A stretch of DNA of 64,000 bases from a virus (lineage: Duplodnaviria; Heunggongvirae; Uroviricota; Caudoviricetes): the IMG/VR virus record IMGVR_UViG_3300031419_000581; one strand, 5' to 3'. Of this stretch, positions 46,210 through 55,917 are shown one piece after another. Each line of letters opens with the position of its first letter. Positions within the stretch are counted from its first letter, which is position 1. The notes under the pieces were generated by a model, which was not told where the DNA came from, made no database searches, and was given only the letters and a program-made list of their open reading frames with translations. Made by a program: the position numbers and the translations under genes.

Positions 46210-47031
46210 ATGAATGATATAGAAATATTACATCAAATAACAGCAGAAATACCTGTATTAGGCGATTACGTTAGAAAAATAAATAAAGAATACGATTTTG
46301 AAGATTCATGTATAAACCAAAATCCATTGGTAGCTCTTATAAGATTAAGAAACAGAAAAATATTAGATAAAGATGATTTAAGTTTATTTTTAGCAGAAGA
46401 GTTGTTGAAATCAAAAATAGAGAAAATAGACGTTTTTGATAATGGCACCAGTGTCATGAACCTGTTGCATTTTTCCTGTTTGCATATAAAAGATACTCAA
46501 ATGTGTAAATTGATTTTGGAATATTGCCCAGAGCAAATAAATATGCTGACAAAATGTAAAAATCCAGAAAATCCACTTGCTTATGCACTAGGTCAAAATG
46601 CTTATGAATATAACGGGCCTCATCCTATTCTGAACAGATTATTAAAATCAGGTGCAAATATTCATGAAGATATAGCAAAAAAAGCGCTGTGGAAAGCTTA
46701 TACATCGTATGGTCAAGTAAAACATCTAAGGAAATGGAATGAATGGATTATTAGTAATGGAATCGATCCATATATGAAATATCAACATGGTGAGACAATA
46801 TTTCACCACATGGCTTCAGGAAAAGAACTAGATCCTCTTTTAGATATGTGGAAAAAAGGTTTTTTAAATATTGATATAGAAGCCAATACTGGACAAACGG
46901 TAAGAAAGTTATTAACGTCCACCTCAAATAAGCAAAAATCTTTTTTTCAGAATTATATAAAGCTGGAAAAGGAAAGTTTAAATAAAGATATAAATAAAAA
47001 GATATCGACTTCCAAAATCAATAGAATATGA
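46210..47031 (+). CDS. hypothetical protein with ankyrin-like repeats, R-[LIM]-COOH tail family (ends ...STSKINRI)
   Basis: 273 aa. ANK-like GTSVMNLLHFSCLHIKDTQMCKLILEY and ENPLAYALGQ...ILNRLLKSGANIHE. C-terminal LEKESLNKDINKKISTSKINRI-stop. Confidence 0.75.
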   Translation: MNDIEILHQITAEIPVLGDYVRKINKEYDFEDSCINQNPLVALIRLRNRKILDKDDLSLFLAEELLKSKIEKIDVFDNGTSVMNLLHFSCLHIKDTQMCKLILEYCPEQINMLTKCKNPENPLAYALGQNAYEYNGPHPILNRLLKSGANIHEDIAKKALWKAYTSYGQVKHLRKWNEWIISNGIDPYMKYQHGETIFHHMASGKELDPLLDMWKKGFLNIDIEANTGQTVRKLLTSTSNKQKSFFQNYIKLEKESLNKDINKKISTSKINRI

Positions 47032-47074
47032 TAAAATATAATTATATAAAGTTATCAGATAACAGGTATAAAAG

Positions 47075-47731
47075 ATGAATGAGATTCAGCAACAAAGAGA
47101 AAATTATAGAGTATTTTCACCAAATGGTAATATATTAAAAACGGCTCCTACTGATGACATAAGTATGGAAAACGCTGGTTTCGAAAAGGAAGTTAAAGTT
47201 TTCGGTCCATTTAAAGCCTATACCGCTCTCCCTGCTCTAAAACCAGAAGTTCTGGAAAAAGCACAAGTTGACGATAAAGGTAACATTCTTGACGAACAAG
47301 GTCAGCCTATAATTAATGAAAGTACTCTGTCAGATAGTTTGAGTGGTTCAGTAGGTGCATTAATACTGGGGCCGGTAATAGGCACCGCATTAGGTCAAAA
47401 TTTACATCTGGGGCCACATATGACAGAAAAAGTAGTTGGCTTTACTGAAAAGGCGATTCACATAGGCTTAGATGCCGTTGAAATATCTGATTCTTCGAAA
47501 GAAAATAAGGTAAATAAAAGTACGGTACAGGTAGCAAATGCAACGGTAAATACGAACTATGTATTTGGTGCAAGTGGTGTTCAGATTCCTGACAGAATGG
47601 AAGCAACGCAAAGAGTAGAAGATAAGGTAGCTATGCAGGCAAAAGAAGATAAAACAAGTAAAGTAAATATGTCAGAAAATGATAAGTTTAAGGCTCGTCA
47701 TTCAACATTTGGAAAAAGTGGTAAAAAATAA
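47075..47731 (+). CDS. hypothetical protein
   Basis: 218-aa ORF with one Gly-rich hydrophobic stretch (GSVGALILGPVIGTALG). No family recognised and no tail. Confidence 0.6.
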   Translation: MNEIQQQRENYRVFSPNGNILKTAPTDDISMENAGFEKEVKVFGPFKAYTALPALKPEVLEKAQVDDKGNILDEQGQPIINESTLSDSLSGSVGALILGPVIGTALGQNLHLGPHMTEKVVGFTEKAIHIGLDAVEISDSSKENKVNKSTVQVANATVNTNYVFGASGVQIPDRMEATQRVEDKVAMQAKEDKTSKVNMSENDKFKARHSTFGKSGKK

Positions 47732-47832
47732 CATAAATAAAAGAAGGTCGAGAGGCCTTTTTTTTATATCTGTAAATTGCCTTCTTTAAGATATATGTTA
47801 TATCTTTTTTAATAAAAAAATAAGGAAAAGTT

Positions 47833-48435
47833 ATGACAAAAAATTATGAAAACGATACAGATGTTGTGAACAATCTTGATCCTGATGAACATCTTATAGC
47901 AGTTGCCAGAATATCTTTATGGAATTATCGCTATAATTTTATATTTATAGGATTCTGGTTTCTTATTTTCTTCTTTTTGTTGTTCGGTGTCACCCAAAGC
48001 AATCTTAATATATGGGCAGGCGATGGCGTTAATGGTATTCTCGCTGCTCCTCGTTATGAATATTTAACGATGCTTGCTCCTTACGCAAATAAATGGTGGT
48101 TCTGGATTCTGAAATTTATTCCACTCTGGTTTGTATGGTCAAGTCTGAGCAGTCTTCTTTATGGTTATGCTGCAATAAAATTGATTTTAACAGATCAGAG
48201 AGTAATTGCTTCTTCTAATTTTTTTCAACAGGACGTTGAATACTATAGATTAACCAAATTAGAAAGTGTAGTATTATCTCAGGATATGAATGGAAAAATA
48301 TTTGGTTATGGTGATTTACGTTTACGAGGAGAAGGTGGCAACATTACGCTTTTACAGGGGTTTAAAGACGTTCATGGATTTAGAAAAAAATTAATTACCG
48401 CACAAAAAAAAGCACTTGAAAAAGAAAAATCATAA
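47833..48435 (+). CDS. membrane protein, possibly with a bacterial PH-like (YdbS/YdbT, DUF304-type) C-terminal region
   Basis: AAGGAAAAG SD. Hydrophobic segments FIFIGFWFLIFFFLLFGV and WWFWILKFIPLWFVW. The C-terminal GYGDLRLRGEGGNITLLQGFKDVHGFRKKL resembles bPH_2 proteins. The family call is tentative. Confidence 0.5.
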   Translation: MTKNYENDTDVVNNLDPDEHLIAVARISLWNYRYNFIFIGFWFLIFFFLLFGVTQSNLNIWAGDGVNGILAAPRYEYLTMLAPYANKWWFWILKFIPLWFVWSSLSSLLYGYAAIKLILTDQRVIASSNFFQQDVEYYRLTKLESVVLSQDMNGKIFGYGDLRLRGEGGNITLLQGFKDVHGFRKKLITAQKKALEKEKS

Positions 48436-48439
48436 AATA

Positions 48440-48469
48440 AAAAAACAGAGGATGAGTTCTCTGTTTTTT
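48440..48469 (+). terminator. rho-independent terminator
   Basis: ACAGAG-gatgagtt-CTCTGT followed by T5. Confidence 0.7.
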
Positions 48470-48512
48470 ATTTTAGGTTATAATAGTAGAAATACAAAAA
48501 GAGTAAAAAAAT

Positions 48513-49586
48513 ATGAATGAAGAACTTAACAGGCTAATAGAAAAAAATACCACTGGAATATTTGGTCAAAAAGGAAGTAAGCTAACATTTGGCAATAAAG
48601 ATTTACTGAATTTTATTGAAAAACAAAAAGATCATGCGACAAAATCAGATTTTTTTTATCAGGTTATGGACGCTCATATTATAGAAAAAAAAGGCATTCA
48701 AAACATTCGCAAGCTTATGAAGGAGTTTTCAAGTAATCATGATCTGAATGACAATATTGCAGTAGAGTATATAAAAGAGCATGTTGCGAAAAAATATAAA
48801 GAGAACGACATTAATGAGATATTACATAGTTTACAACTATTAAAAGATGAAGTCGATTTTAAAATATCTGATTACGATTTATCTTATCAGTTTATGTCTT
48901 CGGCTCGCCTAAGAAAAGAACAAATTCAGTCAGTAAAGCCTGAGTTTGCAGTCATGGCATTAGCATATTTAAGCGAGAATCTTAGTTTATGGAATAGTTT
49001 TAATGGTCATGAACAAACACGATTTTTGAAAGATTGTATTTCACATATGCCTTATGTTGGCAGTCAATATTATCGAAAACATGTTAATGTGTTAATAAAA
49101 AAAGCAGACATTAACTGGTTTGATAACAAAACTGATAATTTATTAATAATCTGTTGTAATCTTGATCAAATTAAAATATCGAGTTTTATTATTTCACGAA
49201 TGAAGAAAGAAATACCAGAAAATCTTATGGATACAAGTGAACTTTTTGCAAATGTATCCCGTTCAGATAGCGTATCTCCTGTCTACGACTTTTTAATGGC
49301 TAACAGCAATATACAAAAAATCTATGAACAAAATAGTATAAATAAAGAAAAACTGAATATAGAATTAATTGCTGAGAAAAGACAATCATTTAAAAATCAG
49401 GATGTCGATATTATTGAATATTACATAAATCATATGAATTATGAAAAACGTATATCTGATGCTATTTCGGTATGGTTTGAGAAAAATAATTTACCAGAAA
49501 TAGAAAGAATAAAAATAGAAAATATGCTTTTGAAAAAAGATTCAGAAAGTATAAAATTTAATGTAAAAACAACAAATAGATTATAA
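48513..49586 (+). CDS. hypothetical protein, R-[LIM]-COOH tail family (ends ...NVKTTNRL)
   Basis: 357 aa. C-terminal IKIENMLLKKDSESIKFNVKTTNRL-stop. Confidence 0.75.
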   Translation: MNEELNRLIEKNTTGIFGQKGSKLTFGNKDLLNFIEKQKDHATKSDFFYQVMDAHIIEKKGIQNIRKLMKEFSSNHDLNDNIAVEYIKEHVAKKYKENDINEILHSLQLLKDEVDFKISDYDLSYQFMSSARLRKEQIQSVKPEFAVMALAYLSENLSLWNSFNGHEQTRFLKDCISHMPYVGSQYYRKHVNVLIKKADINWFDNKTDNLLIICCNLDQIKISSFIISRMKKEIPENLMDTSELFANVSRSDSVSPVYDFLMANSNIQKIYEQNSINKEKLNIELIAEKRQSFKNQDVDIIEYYINHMNYEKRISDAISVWFEKNNLPEIERIKIENMLLKKDSESIKFNVKTTNRL

Positions 49587-49592
49587 TGAATG

Positions 49593-49619
49593 AAAAAAGG
49601 ACTTTTCAAGTCCTTTTTT
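49593..49619. terminator. bidirectional rho-independent terminator
   Basis: A6-GGACTT-ttc-AAGTCC-T6, between the convergent 48513..49586 and tdk. Confidence 0.85.
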
Positions 49620-49631
49620 ATTTTAGTTATT

Positions 49632-50258
49632 TTAGTTTTTAAAAGGATCGGGAATACCTAATTGGTCATAAATTTTAGGTCCAAGATTACCATCTTTCCA
49701 GTGTTTCCTGCATACCGAACGATAAAGAGATTCAGATCCTACTACAATAGAACTTCCTCCTCGTTGTATGTTTCCTTGATTGTCATAACGCAAAACCATA
49801 TTGGCTTTTTTTGTACAATGACACACCTGCTTTAATTCACGTATATCCGTAGTGATTGCAAGCAGTCGGGCTATACTATCAAAAAGTTCACCTTTAAAAT
49901 TAGTTTTAAGGCCATAGCACATAACTGTAATATCAAAATCATCAACAACGTCAGACAACTGCATAATTTGATCAACGGTATAGAACTGAACTTCATCAGC
50001 GAAAATACAATCAATCTCACCCTGTTCACGTAGCTGAGATTGGACATATTCATAGATATTAGTGTTTTCGTCTATGCTAACGCATGGAGAAGATAATCCT
50101 AGTCTCGATGCAATAACACCTTCTCCAAATCGATTATCTATTTTATGAGACAACAGGATTGTTTTTTTATCTTCATTAATATAATTGTAATTGGCCTGAA
50201 GGAGAGAAACACTTTTTCCAGAATTCATAACGGCATGGGTAAAAATAAGTTTTGACAT
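49632..50258 (-). CDS. tdk: thymidine kinase
   Basis: MSKLIFTHAVMNSGKSVSLLQANYNY...DNRFGEGVIASRLGLSS...DEVQF...LKQVCHCTKKANMVLR...YRSVCRKH is colinear with E. coli Tdk as I recall it (P-loop plus zinc-ribbon cysteines). ATG at 50258 is preferred over the track's TTG at 50300. Confidence 0.9.
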   Translation of the reverse strand: MSKLIFTHAVMNSGKSVSLLQANYNYINEDKKTILLSHKIDNRFGEGVIASRLGLSSPCVSIDENTNIYEYVQSQLREQGEIDCIFADEVQFYTVDQIMQLSDVVDDFDITVMCYGLKTNFKGELFDSIARLLAITTDIRELKQVCHCTKKANMVLRYDNQGNIQRGGSSIVVGSESLYRSVCRKHWKDGNLGPKIYDQLGIPDPFKN

Positions 50259-50381
50259 GAAAGTATCCAGTTTTTTATAGTTATAAAGGGGGGCTATCAA
50301 AATTATAATAAATAAAAAATAAAAATCAAATAAAGACGGATAAATAAAATTGAGATATAATTAGAGATATAAAATTAAGAA

Positions 50382-51512
50382 ATGAGAAGCGATATGAAAA
50401 AAGAATATATAGTTAGCCAAAAAGATAATGATTTTATTAAAGCGGTAAAAAATGGAGATTTAGAAAGTGTTATGAACTTTGTCAATAATGAGGACATTAA
50501 CATTAATGCAATATCACCACAATTTGGAAATGGTGATTTGTCAGCAATCTATATTGCATTAGGGAATGGGCATAATGATATTGTTGAATTTTTGCTGGAC
50601 ATGGGAGCCTGTATAGATGTAAAAAATATGAGTGAAAATCATTTATTACATCGTGTAAATAACAAAACATCATTCGAAATTGCAAAAAAAATAATTGAGA
50701 AAGAAACACCGCAATCACTAATGAGTATTGAAAATGCATTTGGTGTAAATATAATGCGCAGTATGTTGTGGTCATTTACTCCCTTAAATATAGTACAATT
50801 TTTTTATGATAAGGTGAAACCTTTTAACAGTAATTTCAGATTTAACTCATATTTAACTGATCTGGAAGTGAATTCGCCACATTATGACCTTTATTTTAAC
50901 CAGGCTTTATCTTTTTGTAGAGAAAATAACATTTCATTACAGGGTGATGATTTTCTCTTTATATGTTTCATGAAAAAGAATAAAGACGTTATAAAAAGAA
51001 TAAAAGAGTATTATCCTGAGGAGCTGACACCCCTTATACAAGAATTTAAGCATAATATATCTAAAAAAAATAAAATGTTAAGTAAATATATCTCTATTTC
51101 AGATATGTTCAGTATTTATCCTTCAAAAGAAGATTGGTGTGATAAAAATATTGATATCTGTAATCATGCAATAAAAAATAATCAACCTCATATGTTAGCT
51201 TATATGTTAAAGAATGGTTTATCTCCGAATGAAAGACCTCTATTAAAATTACTTTTAGAAGAATCAAAAAATACCAGTTTCAAAAATGCAGATAAATTAT
51301 CTGACGTTAAATATGGTTTTAATGAGCTGATTGCACATAAAGATCTTAAAATTAACAGACCTATGGAATTGTTGATACAAATGTATATTTCTTCTGATGA
51401 AGGTGATGAAAGTGTAAAATCAGCATTAAAGCAGAGAGTTGCGCTACTGGAAAAAGAAAGGCTTGAGTCAACAATAGCAACGTCAAAAAATAAATTGGCT
51501 AACAGGATATAA
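50382..51512 (+). CDS. ankyrin-repeat protein, R-[LIM]-COOH tail family (ends ...KNKLANRI)
   Basis: Clear ANK repeats at the N-terminus (DNDFIKAVKNGDLESVMNFVNNEDININA; LSAIYIALGNGHNDIVEFLLDMGACIDVKN). C-terminal LEKERLESTIATSKNKLANRI-stop. An alternative start is at 50394. Confidence 0.8.
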   Translation: MRSDMKKEYIVSQKDNDFIKAVKNGDLESVMNFVNNEDININAISPQFGNGDLSAIYIALGNGHNDIVEFLLDMGACIDVKNMSENHLLHRVNNKTSFEIAKKIIEKETPQSLMSIENAFGVNIMRSMLWSFTPLNIVQFFYDKVKPFNSNFRFNSYLTDLEVNSPHYDLYFNQALSFCRENNISLQGDDFLFICFMKKNKDVIKRIKEYYPEELTPLIQEFKHNISKKNKMLSKYISISDMFSIYPSKEDWCDKNIDICNHAIKNNQPHMLAYMLKNGLSPNERPLLKLLLEESKNTSFKNADKLSDVKYGFNELIAHKDLKINRPMELLIQMYISSDEGDESVKSALKQRVALLEKERLESTIATSKNKLANRI

Positions 51513-51515
51513 ATT

Positions 51516-52739
51516 ATGTCATTTGAAAAAATAAAAGAAATGAATGCAGAACAAATTAAAGATGTGATAAAAAATAATCCTGTTATTCTTTATCAAATGA
51601 TAGATGAAAAAAATCAGGATAGAGTAATCTGGAATAAAATTATATCAGCAGACCCAACAATATTGGATAATATGCATCCTAAATTTCTTCACCCTTTATT
51701 ACATCATGCTATGAAGCAGTATGAATATGATACCGTCTATTTTTTATTAGATTACTCAGATAAAATAAACCATCTCAATGGTGAGCAATTTTATAATTAT
51801 CATTTTTTGACAGAAGTAGATAAGGATACCGATATTATTGCATATAAACATATTTATAATAAATTCCAAAAGAAGCATCCTACGGATGTTAAAAGCATAA
51901 TTTCTGATGTAGGCGATAATTTATTGAGTAATGCCATTCTTAACAATAATTATGAAGTTGTTAAATTTTATAAAGAATTAGGAATAGCTCCTAATCAAGA
52001 AACTCAGTATAAAAATGCACTGTTTGCATTAGTTGGAACTTGTATGATTAATAGCATGGTAGATGAAAACTATAAAATATTTATTGAAAATACAATTAAG
52101 TTATTTGAAAAAAATGATGTTGAAGCTGATGTGAAAAACAGTGATAACAAGAATTTTTTTGAAGCGGCATGGGAAGATAATCCAGTCTTAGTTCATTATG
52201 TATTAAAGCACAAGGCAGACGTTTTCAAAGAACAGATTGAAGATTTTGCAACCCGATTGGAAAAAAATAAAAGAACAGCCTATATTTTTTTACCAAGACA
52301 AAGTTTAGAAACAATCCAGTTTTTCGAGAATAAAATTAACTGGAATTATTATTTGTCAGAAGAAAATTTAATTGATTTTTTTGCTATGGGTTTTTATTCA
52401 AATCCAAAAGCCTTTAATTATTTTATTAAAAATATGTCGGACATATTCAATAATAAAGACTATCAAGAAAAAATCATGTTGAAATTTATGGAAAATACCA
52501 AAGAATATAATAAAGAAGATATGGAAAAATATATTATTCCTGAATTTAGACTGATTACAGAAGATCCTGAATTATTGAGAAAAATAATCGTAAAAGGTCA
52601 TAACCAAAATAAAAATAATGCCAACCTAATTGAGTCGCTTGAATTTATACTTGCAAACACTGAAAAAAAATCATTAAATAATATTCTTGATACTAAGAAT
52701 AATGAATTTAAAACAAAGATTAAACTAAACAGAATTTAG
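51516..52739 (+). CDS. hypothetical protein with ankyrin-like repeats, R-[LIM]-COOH tail family (ends ...KTKIKLNRI)
   Basis: 407 aa, 3 nt after the upstream stop. ANK-like GDNLLSNAILNNNYEVVKFYKELGIAPN and DNKNFFEAAWEDNPVLVHYVLKHKADV. C-terminal TEKKSLNNILDTKNNEFKTKIKLNRI-stop. Confidence 0.75.
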   Translation: MSFEKIKEMNAEQIKDVIKNNPVILYQMIDEKNQDRVIWNKIISADPTILDNMHPKFLHPLLHHAMKQYEYDTVYFLLDYSDKINHLNGEQFYNYHFLTEVDKDTDIIAYKHIYNKFQKKHPTDVKSIISDVGDNLLSNAILNNNYEVVKFYKELGIAPNQETQYKNALFALVGTCMINSMVDENYKIFIENTIKLFEKNDVEADVKNSDNKNFFEAAWEDNPVLVHYVLKHKADVFKEQIEDFATRLEKNKRTAYIFLPRQSLETIQFFENKINWNYYLSEENLIDFFAMGFYSNPKAFNYFIKNMSDIFNNKDYQEKIMLKFMENTKEYNKEDMEKYIIPEFRLITEDPELLRKIIVKGHNQNKNNANLIESLEFILANTEKKSLNNILDTKNNEFKTKIKLNRI

Positions 52740-52863
52740 TGATACCTTTCTCTCTGAAGTTGAGGTTTTAATTGTTTGGTTGGTAAAAAGTTGACTAAAT
52801 ACATATTTATAATATTATATTCTCTTTATCGCTATTACGAGAAATAATAAAGAGGATCATATT

Positions 52864-53403
52864 ATGAATGAAGACATAAAATCCGAAGTTGTACAAAATG
52901 CAAAAAGAACCTCTCCACTCAACGTATGGAAAGCCCTCGAAGCAGCAAGCCCTTTCTTAACCATGGTAAATTTACCAGTCGCTGTGGTGGTTGGTGTCGT
53001 TGGTATTGCGGGAGATAGTCTGAGCAAAGGTAAAGAGCTTGATAAGAAGAGAATGCCTGATAGCTGGTTAAATAAAGTTGCCAAAGCAAAAACGTCTGAG
53101 GAAGGTTTATTCTTTTTATCACAGGCATTAAAAATAAAAGGATATGTTTCTGTTTCAGAAGCATTCACTTTTTTAGAAATAGAAAAAAAATATAATCATT
53201 TAACAGAAGAAAAAGAACTTGATAAAACTAATGGTGCAGAAGCTATATTATCTAAATTTGAAAAAAATGGAAAAATACCAGAAGGATTTCAAGTCCCGAA
53301 TACCAAACTATCGACTCACTTAAAAGAAACGTTGCCCAAAATAGCAGGTATATTACTGAGTGCAAAATTATCGAAGGGTAAAAAGATAAAAAAAGTTAAA
53401 TAA
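52864..53403 (+). CDS. hypothetical protein with one hydrophobic segment
   Basis: AGAGGA SD, 179 aa. Hydrophobic segment LTMVNLPVAVVVGVVGIAG. K-rich C-terminus. No family recognised. Confidence 0.6.
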   Translation: MNEDIKSEVVQNAKRTSPLNVWKALEAASPFLTMVNLPVAVVVGVVGIAGDSLSKGKELDKKRMPDSWLNKVAKAKTSEEGLFFLSQALKIKGYVSVSEAFTFLEIEKKYNHLTEEKELDKTNGAEAILSKFEKNGKIPEGFQVPNTKLSTHLKETLPKIAGILLSAKLSKGKKIKKVK

Positions 53404-53472
53404 ATCACTTTCTTTTTAAATTTTATAAGCTATATATAAATTCTTAATAATAATAAAGACAAAGGAATCATT

Positions 53473-53910
53473 ATGCAGAAACTGGTAAGTGCAAAGACAT
53501 TAGTTGAACAACTGGAAAAGGGTAAAGCTAAAGGTTATTTGAGTACTGTAAAAAAAATAAATGAAGGTATCGAAAAACATAAAAACGTAAAAGAAGTTTT
53601 AGTTATAGCTATAGATTTGTCAGATAAAAAAGTAAATGTTAATGGACAAAAAACATTTGAGACAGAGGTTCCGGTTAAAGATTCATATGAAGAGGCTTAC
53701 AAGTCAATAATTGAATCCCTTGTTCTGACTACAAAAAAAGATGTTGATCTTGTCAGGCTAAAAGAATCACTACTATCACAAGAAATATTAACTAAATTAA
53801 AAAATGAAAAACAGTTTGTTATTTCAGACAAAAAACCTTTTTTAGAAGTACTTATTGAAGATACTCGTTATATGGAGATGGGTAATATTACTATTGATTT
53901 TGCTATATAA
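53473..53910 (+). CDS. hypothetical protein
   Basis: AAGGAA SD, 145 aa, followed by a strong terminator. No family recognised. Confidence 0.6.
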   Translation: MQKLVSAKTLVEQLEKGKAKGYLSTVKKINEGIEKHKNVKEVLVIAIDLSDKKVNVNGQKTFETEVPVKDSYEEAYKSIIESLVLTTKKDVDLVRLKESLLSQEILTKLKNEKQFVISDKKPFLEVLIEDTRYMEMGNITIDFAI

Positions 53911-53924
53911 TAAACTATGAATCA

Positions 53925-53953
53925 AAAATAGAACCTGATGGTTCTATTTTTTT
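53925..53953 (+). terminator. rho-independent terminator
   Basis: ATAGAACC-tgat-GGTTCTAT 8-bp stem followed by T6. Confidence 0.85.
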
Positions 53954-54029
53954 ATATTTTTTTTGCATAAATTGTACGTTTTATGATAGTGTATTATTCA
54001 TTCGTTTTATTAACAGTAGGTAAAATATT

Positions 54030-54806
54030 ATGAAGATAAATAAGTCATTAATATTAGTATTAAGTAGTGTTTTGATTCTAAGTAGCTGTGCTATGAATAA
54101 AAAGGGTGCAACTGCTGAAAGTGAAACTCCTGGTCAGGGTGCTATGTTAAGTCAGATTGACCCAGCAAAAGCCAGTTTGAAACCATCTGATATCCCACAG
54201 AACTACGAACAACAGGTTAATCTGAATAAGCTTGTAGGTATGCCACAATTAAATGCTGAACAGTCAGCATCGTTGTTAAAAATGTTACAAGGAAAAGAGC
54301 CTGAGTATCGCAAACTAGTAGAACAGGATTTAGTCAAGCAAAATTTGAAATACGAAGAGATTTGCCTCGGTTTAAATGGGACTTTGTGTGATTTTAATAA
54401 TGAAATCTACAAAGGTTCTCGTTTTGGTATTATGATTTATGATAATGTAACTAAAAAGAAGATGATAAAAGAAAAAAATGCATTAAATCCTGCTCAGGTA
54501 TGGTCAGTTAACTGGATAAATGTTTCTGTCGATCATGGTGTAAAATTAATTTCTACCTGCAGTCAGGAAAAAGAATTTGCAAGTTGCGTATCTAAAAATA
54601 GTGAAAACCCTATAACTGCTCTGTATGCGATTTGTTCCTATAGTGGAAAAGATTCTACCGAAATTGATAAGTGTCTTGCAGATGGCTTATTATCGAAACA
54701 AGGCAGAGATTTTGCCTTTGACATAGGTTTCGTATCAGGCTACTCAATCGCTTATAGTGCAGATAATAATGTTAAATATAAAGATATGTTTAATCGAAAG
54801 CTTTAA
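54030..54806 (+). CDS. lipoprotein of unknown function
   Basis: Signal peptide with lipobox MKINKSLILVLSSVLILSS/C. The mature part is Cys-rich. No family recognised. Confidence 0.7.
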   Translation: MKINKSLILVLSSVLILSSCAMNKKGATAESETPGQGAMLSQIDPAKASLKPSDIPQNYEQQVNLNKLVGMPQLNAEQSASLLKMLQGKEPEYRKLVEQDLVKQNLKYEEICLGLNGTLCDFNNEIYKGSRFGIMIYDNVTKKKMIKEKNALNPAQVWSVNWINVSVDHGVKLISTCSQEKEFASCVSKNSENPITALYAICSYSGKDSTEIDKCLADGLLSKQGRDFAFDIGFVSGYSIAYSADNNVKYKDMFNRKL

Positions 54807-54822
54807 TATAATCAATTACAAT

Positions 54823-54851
54823 AAAAAGAGAGACTCAGGTCTCTCTTTTTA
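54823..54851 (+). terminator. rho-independent terminator
   Basis: AGAGAGAC-tcag-GTCTCTCT 8-bp stem followed by a T-run. Confidence 0.85.
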
Positions 54852-55039
54852 TTTATAAATTCCATAATTTATTCTTTTTTAATGAGTTGTATTTATTCAA
54901 AATAAGAGTATTTATAAAACGATAGTAATCACTTAGTCCAAACCAGACAATATTAAAATTTTTCATTGTTTATTTTGCACTATAAACAAAACAACCATTG
55001 AAAAAGTATGACCATCTTTAATACAGTTCAGAGGAAATT

Positions 55040-55402
55040 ATGAGAAAATTATTACTTATCTGTTTATTTATCACACAGTTTACTTATGCTGCTATAATCC
55101 CCGATCAATACTGGAATCTTAATTTAAGTCGTGAGCAGATTTATACACTCAATATGATAGGAGATAAGTATGAAAGAGCGATACGTTATCAGGAAAGTAT
55201 AATGATAAACTTAAGCAGAAGTGTAACTGCACTAAATAATATCAAAAATAAAACTCCCGAACAACTTCAGTCTCTTTCATTAAGTATGGAAGGATTAAGT
55301 CTTGCTAATGACAGACGTGGAATTTTGATTATGCAAAAAAATGCAGAAATGCAAAAATATCTTACACCGGATCAATTAAATAAACTTTATCAGTACAGGT
55401 AA
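55040..55402 (+). CDS. small periplasmic LTxxQ-motif protein (Spy/CpxP-like)
   Basis: Signal peptide MRKLLLICLFITQFTYA/A. LSREQIYTL and LTPDQLNKL motifs. 120 aa. Confidence 0.55.
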   Translation: MRKLLLICLFITQFTYAAIIPDQYWNLNLSREQIYTLNMIGDKYERAIRYQESIMINLSRSVTALNNIKNKTPEQLQSLSLSMEGLSLANDRRGILIMQKNAEMQKYLTPDQLNKLYQYR

Positions 55403-55414
55403 AAAGGAGAAGAA

Positions 55415-55882
55415 ATGAATATGGAAAAGAGAAGTTTATGGGAAATGTATACTCCTTATGGTATTTATACTTTAATAGGAAACTATCAGGAGGTAACAGT
55501 TGTTTCAATATTATTAACACAGGGAGAATATAAAATAAAAGAAGCTTTCAGTCAAAGTCAACGGAATGTTCCAATGCTTTCTTCGGGAGACTATGAGAAC
55601 TGGGCTGTTGAGAACTTTAATATGTCTATTGACGATATTGTCAAAAATACAGATAAGATCGCGCTTTCAGAAGTGTTAAATTCAGTAATTAAAGCAAATA
55701 AATACCAGCGTATGAAGTTTGAAGAACAAATGAAAATTATGATAACGCCGGAAGAAAAAGAGAAATACAAGATTGAATGGAATGAAGAAAACGATTCTGG
55801 TATTCATGGTATAACAGAGCAAGCCTGGTTGCTTTCTGGATATTTTAAAAACTCAAAGAATGCTTCACAAATATTTGTTTAA
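55415..55882 (+). CDS. hypothetical protein
   Basis: AAGGAGAAG SD 12 nt after the upstream stop, 155 aa. No family recognised. Confidence 0.6.
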   Translation: MNMEKRSLWEMYTPYGIYTLIGNYQEVTVVSILLTQGEYKIKEAFSQSQRNVPMLSSGDYENWAVENFNMSIDDIVKNTDKIALSEVLNSVIKANKYQRMKFEEQMKIMITPEEKEKYKIEWNEENDSGIHGITEQAWLLSGYFKNSKNASQIFV

Positions 55883-55917
55883 ATAATTTAAGGCAGGAAA
55901 TAATCCTGCTTTAAATA